Shown here in pieces: positions 1-13,587 of a stretch of 64,000 bases of DNA. The position numbers and the translations under genes were made by a program. This DNA comes from the human T2T-CHM13v2.0 reference genome, Homo sapiens. The first letter of the stretch is position 1, and every line of letters begins with the position of its first letter. The notes beneath the pieces were generated by a model that searched no databases, was not told where the DNA came from, and worked only from the letters and a program-made list of their open reading frames with translations. The stretch is taken from assembly GCF_009914755.1 (NCBI RefSeq), contig NC_060936.1. The stretch is one strand, 5' to 3'.

Positions 1-1571
1 TCTTTTTGAACGTATAACCTTTTGTGCCTTTTGAATTTCCTGCCTTGTCATAATTACTTACTCAAAATAAAAGTTAATTAAAAAACAGAGTTGCTGCTTC
101 TCAGCTGACCTTCATCTTTACATTATCTCTCTGCTTGATAGTTCTTTCTTTATCTCATTTTAAAATCTACTTCTGCTACCTTGAGCATCTTCAGAGATCA
201 GCAAAATTAATTTTGCCTGTTCAGAATTCTTGCTGATCAGTGACTAAGCCTGTTTACCTCCCAGCTCCACCCTTTCCTCTCCCAGCTGCTCTGCAGTAGC
301 ACGGGGCAGCAAGACCCTGTCAGAGAGCATGGGACTATCAGGAGAACTGGGCTCTGTCCTTGTTATCCGGCACTAGCTAGCTGCATGGCTTTGGGCAGGT
401 CACTACACCTCTCTGAGCCTCAGAATCTTCATGTATGAAATGAAGGAAGTGACCCAGAGCATCAAAGCCCTCTCCATCTGCCGGTCTGCAACCCCACTCT
501 ATGGAGAACAAGCTAATCCTCTTGCTGCACTGCTCTCCTGGCCTCCCTGGACGGGACATGCTCTCCGGGCCCCAGCATGCTCACCGGCTGCACAAGAAAC
601 TGCAAGCTTCTTGAAAACAAGTTTGTGAAGGTTCTGGAGTCATATTTCTCTCTTCCTCCCAACCCTCCCTCCCTCCCTCTTTTTCAATTCCCAGCCTCCA
701 GAGATTGTGTCTCTGGCTTGGTTAATTAAGATAAGACTTCAGAAAGCTTTGAATCCTCATGCTGTGATGTGATGCTCCAGCACTGGGTGTTTATTTCCAT
801 TTGCTGTTCTAATGCTTGTGCCTTCAGATGTTTGTTGCTTTTAGAGCTTGATTGAATTTCAAGAGCCTGCATCCTTAATTCTGTTTGTAAAGCTAAATGC
901 CTGTACCTTGTTGACCTGTTCTCAATGAGGAGGAACTGATTTTGCTTGTTCACAATGAAATATGTTGTCCTTCCACAATTGGTCATCCAAGAATTGGAAT
1001 GGAGGGGCTTATTTTAAGTCAGCTACTTGGGAGTTTTTTTGTTTTTGCTTTTTTTTTAACTAGGGCTATCTTACTAGGGTGAAATTCCCAGCTCAAACAT
1101 GTCTCCTTCCTTTTACCCCAGGCAATTAGTGCCAAATGGTACAGGATTCCGCACATAAGTCAAACCAGCAGAGCAGTTTTATTTAGGCCTATGGACCAAA
1201 ATCCTGCCAGCAGTCAGACAGAGTGAGCACCTTCACTTTTGAACAAGGGGAGTTAACATCTATAAAACAAGTTCCGGTAAGTAGCACTGCCCTTTTCCCT
1301 AAAATCAGACTTTCAGTACTACCTGGTACCTTTCAGGATCAGACACACAACTACTTTTTTCAGAATAAATGAATGAATGAAGAGTGCATAAACGAATGCG
1401 TGAGTAAATGATAGCAAGTCCAACTCTTGTAAGAATATTTTCTGCAGGCTTGTTATTCTCTAGGGAAAATCAGCAAGACGTGCCTAACTCTTAGCATCTT
1501 GGGAGAGTTACTTAAACCTCTGAACCTCAGTTTCCTCCTCGATAATAGCAGAACCTGCTATACCAGGATAA

Positions 1572-1865
<294 letters not shown>

Positions 1866-2796
1866 CAGGATGATTTAAAGATCAAACGAGAGGATGTCAA
1901 ATTATCGACATAAGTGAGATATATTGAATGCCCAGCACGGTACCTAGCACAAAATAAATGTTTGCCAAATGAATAAGTCATTGACTATATGGATACATGA
2001 ATATACAAATAAACAAATGAGAGTCCTCTGCCCTGAGCCTCAGAGTACATTTGTTCTAAAACCTAATACTCCCAAGACAAGATAAATGACTGACTCTTCA
2101 GGGACTCCTCCAGCTTAAGGTGCAGACCCAGGCTTGATTCTGCCTCAGGTGTGCCTCTGCCTAGTAAACTAACCCCCATGGCTGGAAGACATTGGCAGGT
2201 CGGGCCCTGAGAGATGTGGGGTTTCCCCCTACTGGGACCACACAGTTGAATCTGAGGAACATGGTGAAAAAAATGGGCAGAGATGGAGAGGCGAGTCCAG
2301 GGCAGTGACACATGCTCCATCAGATCATATGCTGATCCTGGAAGCCTCCCTGCTTCCCTCTGGTCCCTCTTGGCCTCCCAGGTCTCTACACGACCACAGT
2401 CACTTAGGATCTGTCTGCTCACTCAGCATTTGCCCACATACTATATAAAACAAGTTCTGGTAAGTACTTGTTTTATATAGTCATAAAGTAACATATGAGT
2501 ACATATGAGTAACCTCATATTTGTTTGCGGAATAACATGTCTTTGTAATCACAGAATGCATTTTCTGAGAACAGGGCTGTACATTTCTTGTCAATCCTAG
2601 GCAATGCTGGACACAGAACTGGTCTGCTTAATAGTGTCAGAATCCTAGAGGAGTGTTAGAAGAGTCTCAGGGAGCAACAAGCCCAAATCCTCTTTTCACA
2701 GGCAAGGAGACAGGGTCTCTGAGCGGCGAGGGGACATGCCCATAGTGGGGAGTGGTGCGGGAAGACAGCAGAGGAGTGGACAAAGGCTGGACTCAC

Positions 2797-2984
2797 ATCT
2801 CCTTCTCTTGGTGGAGTTTGCAGGCCTCTTGCTGGAGGCTTTCCAACTGCTGCTGAGCATCCTGGAGCTCCCAGGAAGTCCGCTCCAGCTCCCGGGCCAG
2901 CTCCTGGTTAGTGAGTTTCAGCTTGGTATTCTCAGCCTTGGTCTCATGCTTGTCATGATGCAGGGCTGTGCACTGACCTTCCAG
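2797..2984 (-). CDS. CRACR2A: CRACR2A coding exon 7 (aa 287-348, [24 protein letters not shown]...LHQEKE); gene continues beyond window start
   Basis: Acceptor cctttgcag|CTG, donor GAGAT|gtgagt; 188 nt, phase 0 to 2; heptad-rich. Confidence 0.97.
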
Positions 2985-4292
2985 CTGCAAAGGAATGGGG
3001 AGCAGAGGGGAATGAGGAGTGACCACCATTTTCAGGAGGGCCTGCCCTGGCCTCACCTTGTTTTCTCTGCTTGGCAGGCAGGAACCGTCACTGCCACCCC
3101 TCACTGGCCTCAAGCCTAAATCAGCATTGTCCTCTCCTCAGTTCACACGTACACACTCCTCTAGGCAAGAAGGAGCTTTCAGACACATCTTGTCTCTCCC
3201 CTGTCTCCACATAGGACCACTAAATAGTCCAGGAGGAGCTGCTCCACTCAAAAAGACCACTAGCAAAGGAACTTCCACAATCCGTCTGTGTGAATGGCCT
3301 TGAGATCTAACCTAAATCCATCTTGTTGTCCTTTAAGCCAATTTCTTTCCCTTGGTCCTTGATGGAGAAGGGGAACAGCTAAATGGCCTGCTTCATAAAA
3401 CCATCCTTCCCAATTTTGCACGCTGATAGCAAATCTATATATTCCCTTTTCTCCTCTCAACTCCAATTCCATTAATCTAGAGAAGCTTTTAAGGGTAGCC
3501 AGAAGCCCTGAAAATTCTTAGGAAATAACTAAAACAGTTCAAACAGAACATAGACCTTTTCTATGTCCCTAAAGCAACTAAAAACCCTGCATTTTTATAG
3601 CTTCAGCTTTTCTTGGCTGTTGATTATGCTTTGCAGAGCTTCCAATCCTCTCACCAGAGGAAGAATCAAACCAAGGTACATATATCATAATAAATTTAGT
3701 TTAATGAATATGGCCGGCAAGGGGAGGAAGAAGTAACAACAAGGAATTTGGCGTGATTCTCAAGAGGCTCCTGTGTAATCAGGCAAGCATGCAGTAATTA
3801 AATCGAGTGGCAATCATTCATTTGAGGGATAAATGTAATTGCTAGGAACTTAATGCATAATAGAGAGGAAGAGAAAGAGTAGGAGAAGCAAGGTACAACT
3901 GTGGATGGGGAAATGGGGAGGCAGCTGGCAGTTCCCGGAGTAGAAATCATCTTGCTGCAGAAGGAAAGAGACCTAAATTCATAGCTTGGGTAGCAGCAGC
4001 AGTGGAATAGTCTCTAGTCTTAGCAGGGCTGTCTTCAAGTAGATTTTGATGTGCTGCTAAAAATAGCCCTCTCTATTGAAACGGAAGCAATGTGTCTTGG
4101 TCTGTCCAGAGCTGGATTCCTTCCAGCACCAGGCACAACAAAACAGGAGGCCAGTGGCACCCTAGCCTGTCTCCCTCAGGAGCCCTTGCTAAGCAGTGGA
4201 GGCCACTAAGTAGGAGGCTTGCCTAGGTAGTCAGTCTTTCTGGGGTCGTTAGCCAGGTACTCCCAGCCATAGAGACACAGCCATATAGACAC

Positions 4293-4311
4293 TGCCCTGC
4301 AGAGGGCACCA
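4293..4311 (+). promoter_or_regulatory. Candidate CTCF binding motif
   Basis: TGCCCTGCAGAGGGCACCA fits the CTCF core CC(A/T)(C/G)CAG(A/G)GGGC(A/G)C. Motif match only. Confidence 0.45.
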
Positions 4312-4895
4312 CCCAGCCTGCCTCCTGGAGGCTCCGGTACATCAGAGAGGAGTGTCTGGTGTCTGCATCCTTCCTGCAGGGATGGAAGCAGCCACAAAAG
4401 ATGCCAATGAACCAGTCCAGGCACCACACAGCCAGGGAAGAGACAGGCTGACCTTGGAAGAACCTGTTCCAGCAGAGGTATCCATGGCCATATTCTAGAG
4501 GGAAGAAACTTATCTGCAGCCTCCCCCCAGATATAGTGGTAGACAGTGTCTCTTGTACCTCAGCATTCCCCTCTTTTCTTATACAGGAGGCAGGAAACAA
4601 ATTCAAATTTTGGCATTCTCGTGGCTCCTGGGTATAATTATAGGAACATGTCTGCAGATACCTCGTGGGGGAATGCTCGGCAACTTTTCCAAGTGAAACA
4701 CCTGGTATTGGAGAAGTAAAGGTTTTATGTTGGGATCACCTGTGATTTTAAATGCTATCTTTTGCGCGACTAAATAGTTCTTCTCAGGTTAAAAACTCAA
4801 AAGTCCTTAAGTGAATGGCAGGGAAAGTGGGCAAGAGGCAGAGAAAAGGAGAGAGTGAAGAGCCAGGTACTCTGGGGCCATGGATGGCAACATAC

Positions 4896-4991
4896 CCTTT
4901 TCTGCTTCTGGGTGAGCTGCTCCAGCTCCTGCTCCTTACATAACAGTTTCTGCTCCAGCTCTTGACTGCGGGCTTGAAACCTCTCTGTGTC
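4896..4991 (-). CDS. CRACR2A: CRACR2A coding exon 6 (aa 255-286, [32 protein letters not shown])
   Basis: Acceptor cttggcag|GAC, donor AGG|gtatgt; 96 nt, phase 0 to 0. Confidence 0.97.
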
Positions 4992-7792
4992 CTGCCAAGC
5001 CAGAAAGAGGGACACACAGGACCCAAATGTAGCACACCCGGGTTATAGATTTTTTTTTTCCCACCTTGAACCTACTCAACATCAGGGCCCATCCTATTAG
5101 ACCATGGGGCTTTTCCCACAGCACTGCAGGGCTCTGGTAACCTGCCTGCCCCATCAGGGAGGACCAAATGAGACAGAGATAGTGCAAGCGCTTAGTGAGG
5201 CAGGATGCAAACTCCCAGCAAGCGTGGCCATGTTCAATGACTGTGCACCACCACCCTCCTCTCCGCCAAAAAAGGGGCAGTGTCAGCCAGTTGTGGTACA
5301 CTGAATGGGGAGAATTGGGGCTGAGTTCAAACATCAGGCCTTGGTCTCCTCATGTGCAAATTGGGGGTGACTGGGGGAGGCAGATGACCCCTCGGACACC
5401 TTCCGACCTGGATATTCTGTTCCAGGTTGGGCATTGGCATCGGATCCCTTAAATTGGCCTCACTCTGGAAACACAGGGCCATTTCCTCTTCCTCTTGAGG
5501 GTCTAAGTGTTCATATTTGCCCACTGTGACTGAAGTCTCCCAAGCCCTGCTCCTCAGGATGTTTTAATATCTGCTCCTTCCCTAGGCTGGGCTTCCCCCA
5601 CAGAGAGGTGCTGAAGCAGGTGAGAAGGGGCCTGGCTATGGGACGAGGAGGAAAGTGTGTGGGCTATCAGGTGCCTGATGCTCTCAGCAGAGCCAGATCT
5701 GTGGTGTAAGGCCCCTGAGCCGAGCGGGACACAACTTGGGTTCCAGCCCTGGCTTCATCCAACCAACTTGCTTCATTCTTTTGGATCACTGTTTGTTCAC
5801 AGAATAGAAACAAAAATACCCATGCCATCTGCAGCACTCCACTTGCCTGAAGGCGGAATGGAGGTACAAAATGTGCAGGAAGAGAAGAAACCATTGTAAC
5901 TGCCATATAACTCACTACCGGAGCCCCCTGGGGTTCCTGTCATATGGAAGGACTCTTTCCCAAGGAGGACAGCGTGGGATGCTGCACTAGACGGGTGTCC
6001 TGGCATGACAGCAGCAGCAGCGCGGTGGGGGAACACGGCCCCCTCGGGCCAGAGGCCTTTGGACACCTCCATTCAAAGGCGCAGGATGCTTCCTTGCGCA
6101 TCCTCTATGGATGTTACCAGGTTCTTCTGCCCATTTCTAGGCTGGTAAATGGGCAGAAGAACCACTGGGACAGCCTGTGATTATCCTCATGTTAACCACA
6201 TGAATGGCAGAGGTACGATCTGACCAGACAGCACCTGCTCCCAACATTTGCTTCCAGAGAATCAGCCCCAGGGAATTTGCCTCCTTCAGCTTGGCTGCTG
6301 CTCTCTGTGAAAAATGCTGGGAGCAGCGAGCGGCTCCAGAATCCCCATGATGATGTGGCTGTACCCACAATGGGCCTACAGAGCATCCTCACAATGCGCC
6401 AGGACAGGGCGTTCAGGGGGTGTAGCATCACATCCTGGGGTTGGAAGGTGCAAGTGATTAGGTACTTCCTTCACGGTCAAACAAACTGGTAAGGGTCAAG
6501 CCAGGATCCAAATTCCGGTCCGAGGGTCCAGCCTTTTCCATGATGTCAGAAACTGTAGCACCACTATCCTTGATCTATCTCCAGGCAAAAGCCTTTGTAT
6601 CTAATGGCTTAATAGTGCTGCAAAAACATCTGAGCAGTTTCCATGTTCACCCAGAAGGCATAAATCTAAGCACTGAGCTTTAAAGGCATTTGGTGTCAAG
6701 AAGGGAGAAGGAGGGAGCAGAAGGGGAGAGGGAGGCTGGGTCACCTACAGTGATGCAAACTTGTCCTTGAATTTTTTTCCTCTGACCTCTGCCCTCGCCC
6801 ATTCCCCATGCCCTGGCCCAGCATTTACTTCCAAAATCACGTCTTTTCCTTTAGCTAGGACCTCTGACCTATAGTCATGGCCCAGGCAGAGGGGACAAGA
6901 TGCCCCATGGAGCTCAGCCTCTCTGTGCAGGATGTCATTCGGGATAAAGGGGGTGGCTGTCCGATGGCGGGGAGGTGGGGTGGGGAGCTGCTGTTCTCAG
7001 GAACTATTTTGGGATCTGCTGATGAGAAGTGTGTGAGTTCTGTCTGCCGTCAACTAGGTTGAGGGGCAGGAGCAGCCAGAATGCTTTCAGGCGCTACAAG
7101 AGGGAGGAGGCCTGGAAATGCTGACAAGCCTCCAGAGGTCGCTAATTGGAGGACACGACCAGATTTTCTTGAAAAGCACTCCGATTCCCTCAGTTTGAAT
7201 GACATCTGTGATAATAAATGCAGCAGTGGTGTCGATAATCTGAGGCAGCATAAAACTTAAAATTGGCTCAAGAGAAGGGGTTGTGAGAATAGCCGGGCTT
7301 AGTGCTGAGCGGCAAGGGAGGCTGCCATCTAAGATCAAAGCCTTTTCTGCAGAGAACTCACCAAGTAGATAGTCCAAAAATGGGTACTAGAGAGTTCTCT
7401 GAAGCTTTTTTTTTTTAAATTAGTTTTATGAACATGTTTCCAGAAGGATCCTGCTTACCTTGGCAAAGAAGAGGATTTCGCCAATCCTGACCTCTTGAGA
7501 CAAATGGCAGGGCTTGGGAAGGGGCTGATAAGGGTCAGACCAGGAAGAGGGAAGGGAGTTACCACTTCCTCCGTGGTATCTGTGGAAGGTGGGATTTGTT
7601 TTTTCTTGGCTATTAAATTTTCCATGTGTCTAAGGGTAAAGGATAGGTAGCACAGGCTCTAATGCTTGTCCACTTAGGGGAGCTGCTGGGCACAGGGTGA
7701 ACTGGGCTGGTGCATTTGGGTGCATTTGCCATATAAATCTAGGAAGTCAATGTCAGATCTAATTTAACAGGGAAAGCATGAGCCTCCATCCT

Positions 7793-8060
7793 TTCATTCA
7801 TTCACTCATTCACTTGTTCATTCATTCATTCATTTAACAAACACTTGTTGAGCACCTAGTATGTTCCAGGCATTGTCTATGTGCTGAGGATACCTTAGTT
7901 AATAAAAGATAAAATCTCTGCTCTTTTGCAACTTATATGCTAGCAGGAGGAGATAGACACTCAATAAAAATAAACAAGGATATTACATGTCCTGTGTGAA
8001 GGTGATAAATGCCTTGAAAAAAAAATACAGCAGAGAAAGAGGGAATCAATAGTGCATGGA
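7793..8060 (-). mobile_element. L2 LINE 3' fragment with (TTCA)n tail
   Basis: (ttca)n followed by aacaaacacttgttgagcacctagtatgttccaggcattg, typical of an L2 3' end. Confidence 0.75.
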
Positions 8061-8147
8061 TGGGGGCACCAAAATCTTAAACCTGGGGGAGACAGAGCAG
8101 ATATGTCAAGCTGGCCTCAGAGCCAAGCCTGGGGAGCGTACACTTAC

Positions 8148-8238
8148 CTTCAGGAGAAACTGCTCCTTCTCACTTTTGATTTGTTGTTCCATCTCCTCAT
8201 AGAGATGCTGGATTTCTTCATCATAAGCAGCAATTTTC
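8148..8238 (-). CDS. CRACR2A: CRACR2A coding exon 5 (aa 224-254, [31 protein letters not shown]; coiled coil)
   Basis: Acceptor ctctgtag|G, donor AAG|gtaagt; 91 nt, phase 2 to 0. Confidence 0.97.
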
Positions 8239-9038
8239 CTACAGAGGTGGCAAAAGGAGAGTCTCATTGAGGTTCCCCTACTCCACAGCGGTAGCTCCTG
8301 GAGCTCAGACACCAGTTCCCCAACTCTGGAGCTGTGGGTGTGGGGGTGACAGCATAGGTCAGGTCAGCCAACGCTATAAGATCAGTCCCTCATGATCAGC
8401 TAACCCGACAAGGGATGCAGACCACAGAGGCCTTGCGAGACCTGCCCCTGCAACTGTTAGGTTTCATGTGGCCTCTCCTCCTTCTGTCCCCCAGCCATCA
8501 CTCCTAGATGATCCCTATGCTCCTCGGTGAAGCTTCCCTGGACCATCTCCCTTTATTTTACTTTATTTCAACACAAGCCCACAGGCCTCTGCCAGACGTA
8601 TCATCCCTGTTCCCGCTGATCTCCACGCTCATAGACTATATGAAGTTGCATTGTGTGGGTTTCTTTCCTGTTCCGTTTCCTGGTTTATCTTGTCCCTGTT
8701 TGCATGCTTTCTCTCTGCCTGTCCACATCAGGACCCTCTGACCCTGCACTCTCAGGGGACTCTCCCTGTATGCCTGAGTTTGTGTGATCCATGTTTCTCA
8801 TGAGATTCTCAAGAGATTCCATGATGATGACAACAAGAGCTACCACACCCCCCACCACAAAGCAAAAGCGACAATGTCTAGTGCCTGTGCCATCTCAGGC
8901 TCCAGGGCACAGGCAGACAGTGTGAGACAGGCGAGGCTGGTTGGAGGATGGCGATGACAATGAGATGTCCTCATCCCCACTCTCCTTCTCAGCATCCTTT
9001 TCCCACTCTTTCCTCTCCCCCGTCAGAAAGTAAGTACC

Positions 9039-9094
9039 TAGAGAGATGAAGACAAACACACAGCCTATAGAGAGATGAAGACAAACACACAGCC
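9039..9094. repeat. 29-bp tandem duplication (tagagagatgaagacaaacacacagcc x2)
   Basis: Identical 27-mers at 9039-9065 and 9068-9094. Confidence 0.95.
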
Positions 9095-9412
9095 ATGGGG
9101 ACAAGTTTTGTAGGTCATCCCCACGGATGACCCTTTTCTGCTTCCCCCCTCTCCCCATGATACATCCAACTTCAATGCCCCTCCAAATTCAAACAGGAAA
9201 GATCTGGTAGTAGCATTGGAACTGAAACTGGGAGTTACCACACTGAATTATTAACATTCCCAGATAGTTGCATTTTCATACCTTTTTTGCTGACCATGCA
9301 GTGAAAGACCCTCTCTGTGGCCCTTACTCCCTATCCTCTCCCCATCCTGTTAAGGAAACTTCAGGCTCTGTGAACAGGCTAATGTGGCTATCAAGGCCTG
9401 TTCTGAACATGC

Positions 9413-9413
<1 letters not shown>

Positions 9414-9456
<43 letters not shown>
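9414..9456. repeat. (AC)~21 microsatellite
   Basis: Uninterrupted dinucleotide run. Confidence 0.98.
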
Positions 9457-9458
<2 letters not shown>

Positions 9459-11829
9459 TTTGGCCCCTGCCATTCTAACTTAAATGATGGCAAGCCCACT
9501 GTGCCCTTTATTTAAGGGACTTCAATAATTGAGGAAACAGCCCTGGTTCTCAGTTTTAAGAGGTACTAGGAAGATTTCTGAACTGAACATAAAGGATGGG
9601 AATATATTTATTCCCCTGAGCCCTCCATCATTTTAACCCCTAACTCCCATGTCCACTTGGGCCTCCAATCCAGGACCAGACCTTCTCTGCTGTCCAAGGC
9701 TTTGCCACAGCCCAATTTCTGTCCCTTTCTCACCTGCCACCTGTTGGGAGAGCATTTTCACCATGTGCACAGGTGAACAATGAACAGGAGTCATTTTGAT
9801 TGGCATCCTTCCAGCTTTACAGAAACCACAAATCTGACCCAGACAAAGGAACAGTGTGTGAGACTCCATGGTCAGGGGCATTGATCACAGAGCACAGCCT
9901 TGGAGTTCCCTTGCTTGGCTGCAACCCCAAGACCAGAAACTTGATTTTGAGTGACTGTACAGTAACGGTCCAGGGTGGGCTCAGCAAGAGATGACAGTCC
10001 TCCCAGACCTCCACAAGCCAGGACCCCGTCTTCATGGATACGTCCTGCATCCCTTACTCTTTTTGGCTAAGAGTAAGAAATCTCTTCTTGTTAAATGACC
10101 AATGTTTGGGATTGTTACTTTTGCTCTGAGCTAACTCATAAGAATTAAAATAAAATCTTGGAGGGAAAGTAAGGAAAAAGGCTCATGCTATTGACCCTGA
10201 TACTTCAGTGACAGAAGCAGATACAGTTTGAAGGAACTTTCAGAAAGCAAGATGTTTTCTCTTGGTCCCTGGAATGACCTTCCTGTGTTTGAAGAAACTC
10301 AGATGCTAGATGGTAAATGATATCAAGGAAAACTTTAGACAGAGATTCCAGCTATATAAATACGGTAAAACTAATAAAGTAAGATGAGAGAAACTTAAAC
10401 ATTGATTTGGCTCTGCTAAAGCAATTCATATAAAGTTATTCATATAAACGGCTTACTATTTATTTCTAATAACCATGCGGGGCATTAATTCTATAATATA
10501 ATTAAATGTGCTATAGTAACTTTGATCTACTTTTTATTTGATTAAATTAACACACTCTAAGTTTTTCATGCTCACATACCAGCTTGCTGGTATGTGAATT
10601 AAGTTATTTTACAAACCACTAAAAAATAACTGGCAGGAAGATAGATACAGGGTTTGAAGAGTGCCTCCTCCTAGCCCTCACTCACAAAGGCTAGGCCTAC
10701 CACAGAGAAGCCCTAGGATTCCAGGTGGGCATCAGAGATCCTGGGCCCAACCAGACTCATATATGGAAGCAAGCTTTTGGAAAGTTGGTCTGCTGTGAGA
10801 CTCTCCAGGCTTGAATGACTATGAGAAGCCTCGGTTAGAACACACTAATCCCAGGAATGGGGAAGATTAAGGTGCTGTGCATACCAGTCATGTCACTAAA
10901 CCAGCGCAGGGACGAGAAGACTTGCATTCTGATCCCAGAACCAGCTCCTTTCCTCAGTGTGACCTTGGGTAAGTGCTCTGACCTCCTCACATCCTGAGGC
11001 GGTACCTGCCCTATGTTCCTCCCTACACTGTCATAAAGAACAAATGAGAGTGGATGTGAAAAGCATCAGAACCACAGAGCCCTCAGTAAATGTAAGGGAT
11101 TATTTACTCCTGTCATTTTAATCATGGACTGTGGAGGACAAAGGGCAGTGCTCCCCAGGGGGAAGAGAGTCTTGGTTTCAAGGATAAAAGGCCTGCTGGG
11201 TTTGGAAAGGCTGATGCAATTGGGAAGATGAAGAAGAAATAACTCAGTCAATAAAAGTGCCTGTCAGACCAATCCATTGGAGACCCAGGCTGTGTGTGAG
11301 CAGGAGCTGCAGAGCCAGGAGCCTGTGTCTGCAGGAGCCCCGCAGTGGCTGCGCGGGCAGTGGCAGCAAGAGACACTAAAAAGATGTGCACATATGGTGA
11401 GTCACATTCAGCAAGGCTCGCCATATTCTGCCATCAGGGGAAAGAGACAACTCATCATGTTTGCTTATCATATACATCCTCGTTGCCACAATTTCTAAAA
11501 CCACTTCTATTGCCTAATGCATATAAATGGACTTTGAAGTCTTCTCTGTGAAGATTTTGCCATCTATTCCAACCCTCATGACCCCTTCTCTGAACTCAGA
11601 TGACAGCATATGTCTTCATTTGATCATTTAACAATTAATCTTAAATAGTCCTGAACAACTGTTTCATTTGGGTTCATGTTGTCTCAATTAGGTTATAAAC
11701 ACGCAGGCATTTATGTCACCCACAGGGCCTGAACTCAAAATGTTAATGCCAAAAACCTGTAAAAACTCAATTTACAATTTTGGGTACCGAACTCAGAAGC
11801 TCATGGACCATTTCGAGGGAATACTAGAT

Positions 11830-12660
11830 ACCATGGGAGTTAAAGAACTTCAGATTTGGAAGGTTTGTCTGATCTAACTACCTGTTTTTCCAGTGTTAAA
11901 ATTCTTGCGACAATACCACGTCAAGGACTTACCCAGACTAGGTTAGAATACCCCCAGTGACAGAGAACTTGCTATTTCTCTAAGCAGTTATTTCATCTTT
12001 GGGATATTCTGGCTCACAGAAATCTGTCTTTCCATGACCTTACTCTTCTTCTGCATAAAAGCCTTTCATGTATTTCAGAATGGCATCAAGACTTCAAGGA
12101 GTTGCCTTGGGTTCCGGTCAAGCCTCTCCACTTCCTCCAACTGTGTCTCACATGGATTTTTTACAAATCCCTTTACAATTCCCTTCATGCTTCTTCAGAT
12201 GGGCCGTAATGATCTTTCTCAAGCCACGGCAGTGCCAAACTGAATGCCCAGTGTATGAGTTGGACTTGTGCAGATTAGAGCTGACTATTACCTCTCTTGT
12301 TCTAGATGCTGCATATCTATTCATACAGCCTAAAACCTCATTAACTTTTCTTGGCAGCCACATTACAGTTGACGTATGTGGAACCCATTCGTCAACTAAA
12401 ATCTCTAAATTTTATGTCTGTGTGATCATTTTTGTTTTAAAGATAGTACTACTGAATCATATCTCCTCCACTTTGTGCTTCTGCCATTGGCGTTTTGAAC
12501 ACACAGCAACATCTCAAATGTAATGCTGTTAGATTTTGTGTTTGCTATTTCTAGTCCATCTTTCCAGCCTGTCACTATGCTAATAGGTTTCAGTTGGTCA
12601 TGCAGTGTTTCAATGACCTTCCAAGTTTCATTGACATTTTAAATCTTCAATCAGGATGTA
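11830..12660 (-). mobile_element. Ancient L3/CR1-like LINE fragment
   Basis: Degenerate CR1-type motifs (gactattacctctcttgttctaga..., attaacttttcttggcagccacattaca); boundaries approximate. Confidence 0.55.
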
Positions 12661-13292
12661 GGCTAAATAATCTATAATGTTGGTTTTTATAATTTAATGC
12701 ATCTGAGAGTTATTTAAAAGACAGTTTATTAAAAGGTACAAACTATTGGTTTCTAGTTTTATTATATTATAGTAAGAAATGGTTTTGGAATCTATTGGTT
12801 ATCTTTCCTCTGTAGCCACAAACATGATCAATTTTTGTACAACTTCTATGAGAGGGATATATATTCTATTTGTAAGGCACACAATTCTATATTCGTCTCT
12901 AAAGTGTATTCATTGATGGCTTCAAATACTTTATATCCTTCTTGTACTTTTGCCTGACTAATGTGTCAAATCTGAAGCAAATTTGTTAAAGTCTAAAGTC
13001 TTTTTTTTTATTAAGTTTTCTTTATTTTTTCTAAAAGCTTCTGCCTTATGTGTCTTCCTGTTGTGTTGTTTGGTGCACAAAGCTTAATACATGTTGTTCT
13101 TCTTTATGGATGGAATTTTTTTATTACTTCAAAACATTCCCCGTTTATCTTCCTATACTCATGCCATTGGAAAAATATTAGACAAAATGAGGACGACAAC
13201 CTGTAGCAGAGATCTCTGAGATGTTAATTAGTGACATGTAGGCATAGCTATTCAACCTATCTTCTCTTAGCCATTCTCAAAACACTCCTTCT

Positions 13293-13587
13293 GGCCGGGC
13301 ACAGTGGCTCACGCTTGTAATCCCAGCACTTTGAGAGGCCAAGGTGGGCAGATCACCTGAGGTCAGGAGTTCAAAACCAGCCTGACCAACATGGCGAAAT
13401 CCCCTCTCTGCTAAAAATACAAAAAGTAGCCAGGTGTGGTGGTACACGTCTGTAGCCCCAGCTACTCAGGAGGCTGGAGCAGGAGAATCACTTGAGCCCA
13501 GAAGGCGGAGGTTGCAGTGCGCCAAGATCAGGCCACTGCACTCCAACCTGGGTAACAGAGTGAGACTCCGTCTCAAAAACAAACAAA
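13293..13587 (+). mobile_element. Alu SINE (AluS-type)
   Basis: ggccgggcacagtggctcacg...tctcaaaaac; TSD-like aaacact(c/t)cttc. Confidence 0.95.

Noticed and set aside
726-986. Minus-strand 86-aa ORF with a Q/E/L-rich stretch that could be joined in frame to coding exon 7 via gtacag|G near 901
   Set aside because: The acceptor lacks a pyrimidine tract and has competing upstream AGs; the sequence does not match the CRACR2A continuation I recall (MEVYRVTESLQ).
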